Shown here in pieces: positions 20,182-28,762 of a stretch of DNA of 64,000 nt. Position numbers and translations under genes: made by a program. The DNA is from a virus: the IMG/VR virus record IMGVR_UViG_3300042894_004439, positions 19,175-83,174 of that record. The stretch is one strand, 5' to 3'. Position 1 is the first letter of the stretch, and each line of letters starts with the position of its first letter. The notes below the pieces were generated by a model. The model did no database searches. It saw only the letters and a program-made list of their open reading frames with translations, and was not told where the DNA came from.

Positions 20182-20355
20182 ATGGGACAGATGAAATCAT
20201 TGTTTGTGGAGTTTTTAGAGAAATACGAATCATGCACTCCGGAAGAAATTCAGGAAGAGCTAGACCTGTACAATAGTCTGCAGAGTCGAGGTGTGACTGA
20301 CGAAATTCGTATTTCATTCTTGGAACAATTATTGACTAATAAAGAGGTGGCATAA
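20182..20355 (+). CDS. Hypothetical protein
   Basis: AAGGA RBS, starts MGQMK. Confidence 0.6.
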   Translation: MGQMKSLFVEFLEKYESCTPEEIQEELDLYNSLQSRGVTDEIRISFLEQLLTNKEVA

Positions 20356-20627
20356 TGGATATCAAAGAAATCAACAATGCAATCATGTTCAATGGATTAA
20401 CCAATGAGCAGTTGGAATCTGTTATGATGGCAGTGAAATTTGCTCGAACCCAACTGGTAATCAACAACAAACGGTCGTTGTGTATTGGGGATCGTGTTAA
20501 GTTTACCAGCAATCGCAATGGCCGTACTTATCTTGGCACAGTTGAAAAAATTGCCATCAAGTATATCACAGTTCACACCGGCGGCTCTTTGTTTAGAGTT
20601 CCAGCAAACATGTTAGAGGCGGCATGA
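20355..20627 (+). CDS. Hypothetical protein with SH3-like C-terminus
   Basis: IGDRVKF...GTVEKI..K...V...FRVP. Confidence 0.7.
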   Translation: MDIKEINNAIMFNGLTNEQLESVMMAVKFARTQLVINNKRSLCIGDRVKFTSNRNGRTYLGTVEKIAIKYITVHTGGSLFRVPANMLEAA

Positions 20628-20640
20628 TAGCCGAGTTAAA

Positions 20641-20868
20641 TTGTTTTTTGTAGTGTATCGGGTGAAATCGGGTCACTGCATAAGTGTGTATGATCGCGAA
20701 AGTTCAGCCAAGGCTCAGGTCACACGAAATAATCGTGTCCTGATGATGGATATATTACGGGGTGAAAACCGACCAATTAATTGGTGGCCAGGCCGTCGAG
20801 AAGAATGGGCCTATTGCAATTATGCAGACTATGCAGCCCATTTTTACAAGGCCTACAAAGCCAAATAA
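20641..20868 (+). CDS. Hypothetical protein
   Basis: ORF filling the gap; start uncertain. Confidence 0.5.
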   Translation: MFFVVYRVKSGHCISVYDRESSAKAQVTRNNRVLMMDILRGENRPINWWPGRREEWAYCNYADYAAHFYKAYKAK

Positions 20869-20893
20869 GTGTTGCAAAAAAACAACACAAAAA

Positions 20894-20957
20894 GGTTGAC
20901 CAAAAACACCCGTTTTGCTATAATAGAAGTATAGTAAGAAACAAGGAGTTAAAGATG
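20894..20957 (+). repeat. Promoter-RBS cassette copy 3
   Basis: TTGACC-17-TATAAT...ATAGTAAG...AAGGAG-6-ATG. Confidence 0.85.
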
Positions 20958-21218
20958 ACTTTAAGATACGAAACAGTTGGTGAAATGATCACTCAGCACC
21001 AGCAAGAAAAATTTGAAAGCGATGTAACTTACATTGTTCGTCCGTTGCTAAATGACAACGAACATGCTGGTTTTTTTGGAGAAACTGGCACCTTGTTTGC
21101 TGCTTGTTCTGAGTTGACTGCCCAGACCATTTTTGACCGATTGATCCTGGAATTTGGTGTGGGAAAAGTGCAACTCAACGGCCCAATTCAAGGCGAATAC
21201 GCCTATGATTTTGTGTGA
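20955..21218 (+). CDS. Hypothetical early protein
   Basis: Cassette RBS; the longer ORF in the track runs through the promoter. Confidence 0.7.
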   Translation: MTLRYETVGEMITQHQQEKFESDVTYIVRPLLNDNEHAGFFGETGTLFAACSELTAQTIFDRLILEFGVGKVQLNGPIQGEYAYDFV

Positions 21219-21222
21219 AAAC

Positions 21223-21286
21223 GGTTGACCAAAAATACCCAATTTGTTATAATAACAGCATAGTAAGTAAAAAGGAGATAGTTATG
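21223..21286 (+). repeat. Promoter-RBS cassette copy 4
   Basis: TTGACC-17-TATAAT...ATAGTAAG...AAGGAG-6-ATG. Confidence 0.85.
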
Positions 21287-21637
21287 CAAGCAGTCGCAAC
21301 AGTGATCACAGAGCAGTTGGTACAAGACGCTACCAACGAAGCAGGCATCCAAGCCCGTACTGCCGCCAAGGCATTCCACGCCAAGCATGGCGATCGTGAT
21401 GCTTGTGGCTTTGCCTGGGTTAACGTCTACGGCGTTCGCTCAAACAGCAAGCTGGGCAAGTGGTTGGCAGCCGCAGGCTTCCGCAAAGACTACACGGGTG
21501 CCTTGTGCCTGTGGAACCCCAGTGGTTTCCCTACACAAAGCATCAGCATCTTGGAAGCCGGCGCCGAAGCCTACGCCGAAGTACTGAAGAACAAGCTGGG
21601 TCTGGATCGTGTTTACGCAGGTTCACGGTTAGATTGA
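21284..21637 (+). CDS. Conserved hypothetical phage protein
   Basis: CGFAWV motif; cassette RBS. Confidence 0.75.
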   Translation: MQAVATVITEQLVQDATNEAGIQARTAAKAFHAKHGDRDACGFAWVNVYGVRSNSKLGKWLAAAGFRKDYTGALCLWNPSGFPTQSISILEAGAEAYAEVLKNKLGLDRVYAGSRLD

Positions 21638-21699
21638 TTGACCAATAAATTCCGATCTGTTATAATACTTGTATAGTAATTAAAAAGGAGTTCAAGATG
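21638..21699 (+). repeat. Promoter-RBS cassette copy 5
   Basis: TTGACC-17-TATAAT...ATAGTAA...AAGGAG-6-ATG. Confidence 0.85.
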
Positions 21700-21975
21700 A
21701 GTTATGTAATTGTTGCCAAAGGTACTGGTCTTATTGTCACAGACGGTCCCAACCGAACTCGTGCCTACAAAACTTTTGGTGCCGCCAAAGCCACCCGCAC
21801 TCGTCTGTGTAACAAGGCAGGTTGGAACGAAAGCCAACTGAACATTGTAGATCGCGGCACTTACACTGCACCCCGGATCACTGTTCGCAATTTAATGACA
21901 GGCAAGCCGGTAGAGATTGATGCAGACACTCCGTGGTCATGCAACCCGGCTTCGGAAACTTATTGGAGCATGTGA
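21697..21975 (+). CDS. Hypothetical early protein
   Basis: C-terminal NLMTG...TPWSCNPASETYWSM; cassette RBS. Confidence 0.75.
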   Translation: MSYVIVAKGTGLIVTDGPNRTRAYKTFGAAKATRTRLCNKAGWNESQLNIVDRGTYTAPRITVRNLMTGKPVEIDADTPWSCNPASETYWSM

Positions 21976-22058
21976 TGACAGATTTAGAAATTATTGTAAC
22001 AACAGCAGTGGTCGTTGTGATCTTTGCTGTGAAGGTTTGGATTCTCACAAAGATTTAA
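21975..22058 (+). CDS. 27-aa single-TM peptide (not in ORF track)
   Basis: TGATG coupling, GGAG upstream; MTDLEIIVTTAVVVVIFAVKVWILTKI. Confidence 0.55.
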   Translation: MTDLEIIVTTAVVVVIFAVKVWILTKI

Positions 22059-22079
22059 GGCAACAAAAGGAGCAAAAAG

Positions 22080-22787
22080 ATGCAATATTATATGCCAGGC
22101 AAATACCCAAAATCAACTCGTTCAGCCGCACCCGGTACCAAGTATCCAGTGGCCCTGGTTTGGGCAGCGGCCATTGCAGCACATCGTATCAATGATAACC
22201 GTTATATCAAGGCCACTGAATGGGATCACCAAGCAGATCCACCTGTGTTGAAATTTAAAACCAGTCGCGAAGTGTTTGCAGAATTGCTGACTGACCCAAC
22301 TCAGTTGACTGCCGAAGATTACCAAGCTGGTCAAGAGTGTTTGGATTGGGTGCGTGGTGACTTCACTGTCAAAGCCCTAAAAGGTCAATTGAGCGAATTT
22401 GATCTAAGTGTGCAAAAGGTCGTTGCAGTAGAGGAAAGTTTTGATTCCAATTTGGATCGACTGGCCTTGGCCATTGTTCCATGCTTGCCAGCAAGCCAAG
22501 CTCGTGGCCAGGCTCGTGCAGAAACAGATTCGAGACTGCGTCAAACTGCCAATGAACACATTGGCCGTGTGGGTGAAAAAGTCAGTTTAGAAGTAGAAGT
22601 TTTGAGAGCTTCTTACAGCGCCAACTACAATGTTTGGTTTGTAGCTGCGGTTGATAGTCAAAATCGTAGTGTGTTTTTTAGCTACCGCGCTCCTATTGAA
22701 ACAGGACCCGGTACAAAGATCCGTGGCACTGTCAAAGCTCACCGTGACAATAACACCACCCAACTCAACCGTGTGAGCATTATCTAA
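22080..22787 (+). CDS. Hypothetical protein with OB-fold-like C-terminus
   Basis: IGRVGEK...KIRGTVKAH....TQLNRV; AAGGAG RBS. Confidence 0.7.
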   Translation: MQYYMPGKYPKSTRSAAPGTKYPVALVWAAAIAAHRINDNRYIKATEWDHQADPPVLKFKTSREVFAELLTDPTQLTAEDYQAGQECLDWVRGDFTVKALKGQLSEFDLSVQKVVAVEESFDSNLDRLALAIVPCLPASQARGQARAETDSRLRQTANEHIGRVGEKVSLEVEVLRASYSANYNVWFVAAVDSQNRSVFFSYRAPIETGPGTKIRGTVKAHRDNNTTQLNRVSII

Positions 22788-22796
22788 GGAAATATC

Positions 22797-22925
22797 ATGA
22801 GCAAACTCATAATTGGATTCATTTTAGGCTTGGTGGTCAGTGCCGTTGGATTTTCGGGCATTGCTCGAATGTTTGACAAGGGCGTTCAGACCATCCAAAC
22901 TCAAAGCAAAGAATTGGCCCAGTGA
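22797..22925 (+). CDS. 42-aa membrane/secreted peptide (not in ORF track)
   Basis: AAGGA RBS; MSKLIIGFILGLVVSAVGFSGIAR... Confidence 0.6.
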   Translation: MSKLIIGFILGLVVSAVGFSGIARMFDKGVQTIQTQSKELAQ

Positions 22926-22961
22926 TTCGGGCAAACCCAATCAAAATTATTGCAAAAAGAC

Positions 22962-22990
22962 TTGACCATAAACTGTTCTTTTGCTATAAT
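22962..22990 (+). promoter_or_regulatory. Sigma70 promoter
   Basis: TTGACC-17-TATAAT. Confidence 0.85.
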
Positions 22991-23061
22991 ATTGATATGT
23001 TGTGTGACAAGCAACATGTATTTTAACTTAAACTTTATAGGCAACTTTGAAAGGCAACACC

Positions 23062-23409
23062 ATGTCAACAACTGAAAAACTCTTCTCCGTCGCAGGCACT
23101 GCAACTAATCCTGATGGCACTACCAAAGCTCGCTTTGCGAATGATTTGGTATCTCGTCATAAGATTTTGAACAAGTCTGGTTGCACAGATATCAATCTGA
23201 TTGAACTTCCACATGCAATGACCAAATTGCAGGCTTTGCAGTTCTTGCAAGACACACAGGGCTACACTGGCGATGCCAGCTATGCAGTAGCCAACAAATT
23301 GGCAGAAAAAACCAAACTTGCCAAGAAAGGCGAATTGACTGTCAGTGCTTCAAGTGTGAAGTCTGGCAAAACACCTGCCAAGGCTGTTAACTCAGCAGTA
23401 GAAGCCTAA
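23062..23409 (+). CDS. Conserved hypothetical phage protein
   Basis: FSVAG...KARFAND...R.KIL...LIELP..MTK. Confidence 0.7.
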   Translation: MSTTEKLFSVAGTATNPDGTTKARFANDLVSRHKILNKSGCTDINLIELPHAMTKLQALQFLQDTQGYTGDASYAVANKLAEKTKLAKKGELTVSASSVKSGKTPAKAVNSAVEA

Positions 23410-23428
23410 TAGGAATCTACTCCAACAC

Positions 23429-23452
23429 AATGGCACTTCGGTGCCATTTTTT
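23429..23452 (+). terminator. Intrinsic terminator with UUCG tetraloop
   Basis: AATGGCAC-TTCG-GTGCCATT-TTTT. Confidence 0.9.
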
Positions 23453-23482
23453 ACGATTTTTAAATCTGTCATAATTAATTGT

Positions 23483-23728
23483 ATGCTCGATGAAAACACC
23501 CAAGAAGAAATAATCCGTATAGCTACCATGCATCTCATGTTGGTATTGTATCGAGAAGGTATAACTAAAATCCATATGGGCGGTCTCATGCGTGTTTTGG
23601 GTGTGCCCAATGACACTGCAGCTGAACACGACAATGAAGAAGTCATAATAGACGATGAATTTGCTAAATATGTTGAGCAATTGACTGCGCTTGCTTGTAG
23701 TCAGCCTGCCAATCAATCCTTGCACTAA
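23483..23728 (+). CDS. Hypothetical protein
   Basis: ORF after terminator. Confidence 0.6.
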   Translation: MLDENTQEEIIRIATMHLMLVLYREGITKIHMGGLMRVLGVPNDTAAEHDNEEVIIDDEFAKYVEQLTALACSQPANQSLH

Positions 23729-23971
23729 ATGTCCCAACCCAAAGATAAACATGGTGAAGCCATGTTTATAATATTACTCAGAACGTCTCAGGCTAGAAAT
23801 TTATTCACTGCCTGGATCAACGACAATAAAAATGCTCGTGCCAGAATCGATGATGGACGTATGTATTTGTTTGATCATAATTCATTGAACTTGTTTATGG
23901 TGACCTGGCGCCACAATTGGGACGATGTAACTATATGGGATACTTGGAATCGTCGACACATACATGGGTGA
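23729..23971 (+). CDS. Hypothetical protein
   Basis: Adjacent ORF. Confidence 0.6.
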   Translation: MSQPKDKHGEAMFIILLRTSQARNLFTAWINDNKNARARIDDGRMYLFDHNSLNLFMVTWRHNWDDVTIWDTWNRRHIHG

Positions 23972-23974
23972 TTT

Positions 23975-24694
23975 ATGTCGCAATTTATAAAATTACAAGT
24001 TTCGTTCCCTCCTGGAGCAGGAGGCAATTGGCTTGCAAGTGTGTTAAGTTATTGTGTTTACCCTGATTATAGTTGGGCAGCTCAAAAAATAAATTTTCAT
24101 AACATATATAAAATTGAGTTAGGTCACCATCCAATGATTACAGATAATACATTGTCCATTGGAAATAACTCTTACAAATATAATTTTTGGAAATTATATC
24201 TGCATAAACAAATATTACGCAACTCCAAGTACACACGTATTGGAGGGAAAAAATTTATAGTAAATCCTCACAAACAAACTATTAACAACAAAGATAATTT
24301 TTTCTGGTTAATTGATCAATGTAGATGTATACAAAACTATCAATGTCCTGGAAAATTTCAAATTGATTGGCAAGATTTATTTGTTGATCCTAATCGTGCC
24401 TGGACTGCTATCTGTAATTTCCTTGAATACAATCACAAAAAAAATCATATTGATTTTCCTCAATTTAAAATTGCATTAGATAGCTATACAAAAACTTGCC
24501 AGGTTGTAAATTACAAAACAAATGTTAATCATAGGTTGTTTTTAATATGGAGTTTGGCATTTTTACAAAATAATAATTACACTGCACCATTTGATGTATT
24601 TGAAAAATTCGGGTCGGAAGAAATGACGACCTGGGTTCATAAATTCCGCCCGATGATTTTAGAGTACACACAGCAAAATACGTTTTCAATTTGA
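23975..24694 (+). CDS. Sulfotransferase-like P-loop protein (AT-rich)
   Basis: N-terminal FPPGAGGNWL; IDWQDLF...ICNFL. Confidence 0.5.
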   Translation: MSQFIKLQVSFPPGAGGNWLASVLSYCVYPDYSWAAQKINFHNIYKIELGHHPMITDNTLSIGNNSYKYNFWKLYLHKQILRNSKYTRIGGKKFIVNPHKQTINNKDNFFWLIDQCRCIQNYQCPGKFQIDWQDLFVDPNRAWTAICNFLEYNHKKNHIDFPQFKIALDSYTKTCQVVNYKTNVNHRLFLIWSLAFLQNNNYTAPFDVFEKFGSEEMTTWVHKFRPMILEYTQQNTFSI

Positions 24695-24705
24695 TTAAAC
24701 AAAAT

Positions 24706-24733
24706 TTGACAAGTGTGCAAAATGTTGTATAAT
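24706..24733 (+). promoter_or_regulatory. Sigma70 promoter
   Basis: TTGACA-16-TATAAT. Confidence 0.75.
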
Positions 24734-24758
24734 TACTATACATTTAAAGGAAACACAA

Positions 24759-24950
24759 ATGACACAACATGAACAAATCGTAGCCGCTTATGAAACTTAC
24801 CTTGCCGAAAATGCCAAGTTTACAGAAAAAGGTGTCAAAGCCGCAGCGGCCCGTGCTAGAAAAGCCCTGCAGGAAATGAGCAAAGGTATCAAAGAGCGTC
24901 GTAAAGAAATTACCGCTGAAAAAGAAACATTAGCAACTGCCAAACCCTAA
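24759..24950 (+). CDS. Histone H1-like (Hc1-type) small basic protein
   Basis: KF.EKGVKAAAARARKAL.E..K..KE.R pattern. Confidence 0.7.
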   Translation: MTQHEQIVAAYETYLAENAKFTEKGVKAAAARARKALQEMSKGIKERRKEITAEKETLATAKP

Positions 24951-24999
24951 TCCGGGTACCGCTTTGTAAATACTGCTGGTTGAATATAAAAGTAATTGC

Positions 25000-25491
25000 A
25001 TGGATTTAGCAAAATCTAACAACACCACTCACTACAGTGAAGATACCATTTCTATAGATTCAATAGACGCACCTGCTACCATTGGTGCTATTGACTCTAT
25101 AACTGTATCATCACTTGGTAACACAACTGGTACCTACTCCATTGACAATCCTTACTTAATCAATGGTGGTAGCACTATTAGTGCGGTCACAGGGGCCAAC
25201 GGCTACAGTTATGCCAACTGGAACACACAGGCTGGCACCATTGTTCCCAGCGGAACAATCAGTCTCCAAGGTGAAAATGCTGACATCCGGGTCAACGGTG
25301 TAAGCCTGATGGATACATTAAACACCATTGCAGAACGCTTGAATATTTTACACCCAAACCCAGAACTAGAAACAGAATGGGATCAACTTCGAGAACTTGG
25401 CGAGCAGTACCGAGAACTAGAAAAACAACTTAAAGAAAAATCAGAGATGTGGGAAAAGCTAACTGCAATGCCACCACCGATTGTTGATTAA
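25000..25491 (+). CDS. Hypothetical protein (S/T-rich N-terminus, coiled-coil C-terminus)
   Basis: ERLNILHPNPELE..W..L. Confidence 0.7.
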   Translation: MDLAKSNNTTHYSEDTISIDSIDAPATIGAIDSITVSSLGNTTGTYSIDNPYLINGGSTISAVTGANGYSYANWNTQAGTIVPSGTISLQGENADIRVNGVSLMDTLNTIAERLNILHPNPELETEWDQLRELGEQYRELEKQLKEKSEMWEKLTAMPPPIVD

Positions 25492-25664
25492 GTGTGTAGT
25501 TAACGACAAAAATGTACCAGAATTTCCGGTATAACAGTCCATTAACAAAGTCAGAACTAAGTATTTGCGGGGGCAGAAAACCCAATCTGCTAATTTATAT
25601 ATTGGCAATAGGTCACAATCATACATCTGCCCCTTCTTATCAATCCAGTTAAAAGGAGAACAAG

Positions 25665-26243
25665 TTGAATAATTCAACCAACAGCATCTGCACCATCTTA
25701 GAAACATGGGGTAGTGTATTAGTAAAATTTGTAAGTCTCTTGATGGTTATTATGATAGTGGTAAATTTTACAACTTATCATCTTGACAATCTAAAAGCAA
25801 ACAACGCATTACATAAACCAGAACATGTGAGCGCAAAAGAGCGCACCCAACAATTAGAATGCCTGACTCGTAATATCTATTGGGAAGCAGCTGGTGAGCC
25901 GTTTGAAGGTAAAGTAGCAGTGGCACAGGTTACTATGAATCGAGTGGACAGTGGAAAATTTGCCAGCAATGTGTGCGGAGTAGTTTATCAAAAGAACATT
26001 GTATACGAAAAGGTAATTTGTCAGTTCAGCTGGTACTGTGAAGGCACACACAAAACTAAATCTGTGCATGGAGCCATGTGGAAAGAAAGCGAAGAAGTAG
26101 CCAAAAAAGTACTGCTTGAAGGTTTTCGATTGCCTAGTTTACAAAAGGCCATGTATTTTCATGCAGTGCATATAAAACCACAATGGGGTAAACCTGTTGT
26201 TGCTCAAATTGGAAATCACATCTTTTACGGAGAAAAAATATGA
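25665..26243 (+). CDS. Cell wall hydrolase (SleB/Hydrolase_2 family)
   Basis: CLTRNIYWEA.GE...VAVAQVTMNR...CQFSW...IGNHIFY; N-terminal TM; AAGGAG RBS with TTG start. Confidence 0.9.
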   Translation: MNNSTNSICTILETWGSVLVKFVSLLMVIMIVVNFTTYHLDNLKANNALHKPEHVSAKERTQQLECLTRNIYWEAAGEPFEGKVAVAQVTMNRVDSGKFASNVCGVVYQKNIVYEKVICQFSWYCEGTHKTKSVHGAMWKESEEVAKKVLLEGFRLPSLQKAMYFHAVHIKPQWGKPVVAQIGNHIFYGEKI

Positions 26244-26563
26244 AATTTGGATTAACTTTTATTGAATCTGCAGTTCAAGGATTTAGACAATTTATTGACG
26301 AACATTTACCTAAAATTTCAGCTGAAACGCTGGGATGGTTGGCCACTGTTATTATTCATTGTGCAACCATCCCTACTTTGTTGAGCCTATTAACCGGACT
26401 CAGTGACCGCACACCCAATTTGGACATTGTGCTATTCATGTGGGCAGGACTTATCCTAATGTTTGGCCGAGCAGTCATACTCAAAGACGCACTTAACATC
26501 ATTACCATTGGTATGGGATTTATGGCACAGGCTGTTTTAATGGCTCTAATACTATTCAAATGA
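26240..26563 (+). CDS. Small membrane protein (3 TM)
   Basis: Hydrophobic segments, coupled. Confidence 0.7.
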   Translation: MKFGLTFIESAVQGFRQFIDEHLPKISAETLGWLATVIIHCATIPTLLSLLTGLSDRTPNLDIVLFMWAGLILMFGRAVILKDALNIITIGMGFMAQAVLMALILFK

Positions 26564-27132
26564 TTGAAAATTTATTTGTTATATTTGCACCAGGACTTGG
26601 CGGCAATCATCTAGCAAATTTAATTGGATTATCTAGTAGATTTACACGCAATACTGATCTTAGTAAATATCGGCCGGGCATAAAAACTGCACATCTGGCT
26701 GATATATCAAATCTACAAGAAAAATCTTTGTTGGATAATTTGCCACAGTTACAGATCCAAAGCAACGTGTTATGTGGACATTTAGCAGAATATCTTTGGA
26801 TACAACAAAAACAAATTGATAAATTTTTTATAAATCGTAAATTTTTAATAATAACATTTCCAAAAAAAAATACTGCAGCTTATGATAGGCTGCTAAAATT
26901 TTGTCCAAATTTTAAGAACTATTGGTTCCATGAACAAACCAGTTTATACTCTGTTCAATATATGGAAAAATTATTTGGTGAAAAAGATTTTTTTACACTG
27001 AATGCTGAAGATATATTTACAGAACAAGTTGATCAAATAATCAAATTTATAGAATCAGAACTTGTTACGCAAATTGATGCAAAACTTGCCCAAAAGTTGC
27101 ACACTATATGGTATAAATCAGTAACAGGTTGA
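26560..27132 (+). CDS. Sulfotransferase-like P-loop protein (AT-rich)
   Basis: FAPGLGGNHLANL; paralog of 49000..49617. Confidence 0.5.
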   Translation: MIENLFVIFAPGLGGNHLANLIGLSSRFTRNTDLSKYRPGIKTAHLADISNLQEKSLLDNLPQLQIQSNVLCGHLAEYLWIQQKQIDKFFINRKFLIITFPKKNTAAYDRLLKFCPNFKNYWFHEQTSLYSVQYMEKLFGEKDFFTLNAEDIFTEQVDQIIKFIESELVTQIDAKLAQKLHTIWYKSVTG

Positions 27133-27157
27133 CCAATAACTAATAACTTGTTATAAT
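27129..27157 (+). promoter_or_regulatory. Sigma70 promoter
   Basis: TTGACC-17-TATAAT. Confidence 0.85.
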
Positions 27158-27188
27158 TGACTATTCACACATGATTACAGGATAAATT

Positions 27189-27581
27189 ATGAGCATGCAT
27201 TTACACCATCCTTCGTTGAGTCTAAATGGTAAACGCAAGGGCAAGATAAAATTTCGTAATGCCGATGAAGCACGTAAGGCCCGTGAGCTAGATGCGTCAT
27301 GGAAAGAATTGCTTAAAAAACAAGGCATCGAAGCTGAAGAAAAAAAGCGTAGTCGTGCCATGAAAGCAGAGACCTTGACTTATAGCCTTCCTACTCCTAT
27401 AGGTCGTACAGATACAAAACATATTCCTAGTTTAAATTCAGGCGCCGGTGTTGCCACAGTAGCACCAGCAAAAGTTTACACAGGCACCAAAGTCAAAGGT
27501 ATTGCTACAATGCATAAATCAAATGCAGTACCGGTTTTCAGTGACGAACAAGCCATAGATATTTCAAGGATGAGACGATGA
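27189..27581 (+). CDS. Conserved T4-like phage hypothetical protein
   Basis: YTGT...GIATMHKSNAVPVF...A.DIS.MRR C-terminus. Confidence 0.75.
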   Translation: MSMHLHHPSLSLNGKRKGKIKFRNADEARKARELDASWKELLKKQGIEAEEKKRSRAMKAETLTYSLPTPIGRTDTKHIPSLNSGAGVATVAPAKVYTGTKVKGIATMHKSNAVPVFSDEQAIDISRMRR

Positions 27582-27937
27582 AATTTGACCTACAAGCATT
27601 TAATAAAAGCGAAACTTGGCGTTTACTCCAGGGCAACGCTGGCAATTGGTACCAAGAAGCCAGTGAGCCGGACCGGCAAAAATTGCAAAATTGGATGTAT
27701 GGTATGCTCAATGAATCCACAGTTCAAATTGAGTTTACCAAAGCTGATGGAAGTATGCGCTCAATGACCTGCACTTTAAACGAGACCTTGGGTGCTAAAC
27801 ATGTAAATAAAGAGCCTGTAAACCAATCCAAAACCGTAGACAAAAAAGAAACCTGTGCAGTTTGGGATTGCAACGCCAATGGGTGGCGTAGTTTCAGATG
27901 GGATAGATTACAAAAGATAGCGGTCACAATTGAGTAA
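27578..27937 (+). CDS. WYL_2/Sm-like SH3 beta-barrel protein
   Basis: FTKADGSMRSMTCTL...VWD....GWRSFR. Confidence 0.8.
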   Translation: MKFDLQAFNKSETWRLLQGNAGNWYQEASEPDRQKLQNWMYGMLNESTVQIEFTKADGSMRSMTCTLNETLGAKHVNKEPVNQSKTVDKKETCAVWDCNANGWRSFRWDRLQKIAVTIE

Positions 27938-28148
27938 AGACGATTTTATAAAGATGGATGGTGTGGTAATAGAAGTGTTACGAAACACTACATACCGAGT
28001 AAAACTAACAGGTATTGAAAATACTGTACTAGCCTCATTGAATGGGCGTATGCGCCAAAACAACATCAAAGTATTGGCTGGTGATATAGTAGAGATGGAG
28101 TTTAGTCCTTACGATGTAACTCGTGGACGCATAGTAAGACGTAGATAA
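27930..28148 (+). CDS. infA: Translation initiation factor IF-1
   Basis: MSKDDFIKMDGVVIEVL...GRMRQNNIKVLAGD.V.MEFSPYD.TRGRIV. Confidence 0.9.
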   Translation: MSKDDFIKMDGVVIEVLRNTTYRVKLTGIENTVLASLNGRMRQNNIKVLAGDIVEMEFSPYDVTRGRIVRRR

Positions 28149-28149
28149 T

Positions 28150-28761
28150 TTAAAATTTAAATTTATTTAATAGATAATCGGCTGCTATCCGATGCGAAGA
28201 TTGTTTTGGATGCGACCCGTTGAATTCATAATTATTCTTTTTACACCAGGTTAAAAATCCATGATTATCAAACAACACCACACGATTCCAATCAATTAGA
28301 ATTTTCAATGAACTGATATAATTATCCGGTTCTGCTAACAAATTACTGGCAATGATATCGTCGTAGTCAAATGTAAACATGTAAGGTATACCACGAGCAA
28401 CAAGGAATGTCTGTGCTAATATAATTTCCTTCAAGGATGAAGATATTCCGGTATACTCCCATTGGCCAGGACCTTGATACCAGTGTTCTTCAAATCCGCA
28501 ACCGGGTTTGTATGTTGCCCTGCTGGTACCCACCCATCCTTGTTCAGTTCTGAACTCGTGTCGTATAGTTGTTGTCCAATCCACCAGCACAAAATCATCA
28601 GATTCGTAGCTTTGGTATAACACCATTCTGGCAATTTTGTGATTGGAATTGACAGGTTTGATTCGTGACACATAATCACGAGACAGATGTGTTGCTATCA
28701 ACTCTGGAAATGAGTTTTTTTCCATTATAATACTGGATCCAAATGCAACAAGTCTAGACAT
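28150..28761 (-). CDS. SGNH-like protein (degenerate)
   Basis: LVAFGSS, SN, WT, C-terminal HP...H. Confidence 0.6.
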   Translation of the reverse strand: MSRLVAFGSSIIMEKNSFPELIATHLSRDYVSRIKPVNSNHKIARMVLYQSYESDDFVLVDWTTTIRHEFRTEQGWVGTSRATYKPGCGFEEHWYQGPGQWEYTGISSSLKEIILAQTFLVARGIPYMFTFDYDDIIASNLLAEPDNYISSLKILIDWNRVVLFDNHGFLTWCKKNNYEFNGSHPKQSSHRIAADYLLNKFKF

Positions 28762-28762
28762 A

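Noticed and set aside
18554-21286. N-terminal extensions containing VD(P/Q)K.P(I/F)CYN in track ORFs 18554, 20781 and 21215, which look like a repeated protein motif
   Set aside because: They are translations of the repeated promoter (GTTGACC...TGCTATAAT); true starts are downstream
18579-21699. Repeats considered as a CRISPR array or integron attC sites
   Set aside because: Degenerate, non-palindromic promoter/RBS sequences separated by whole genes; no cas or integrase gene seen
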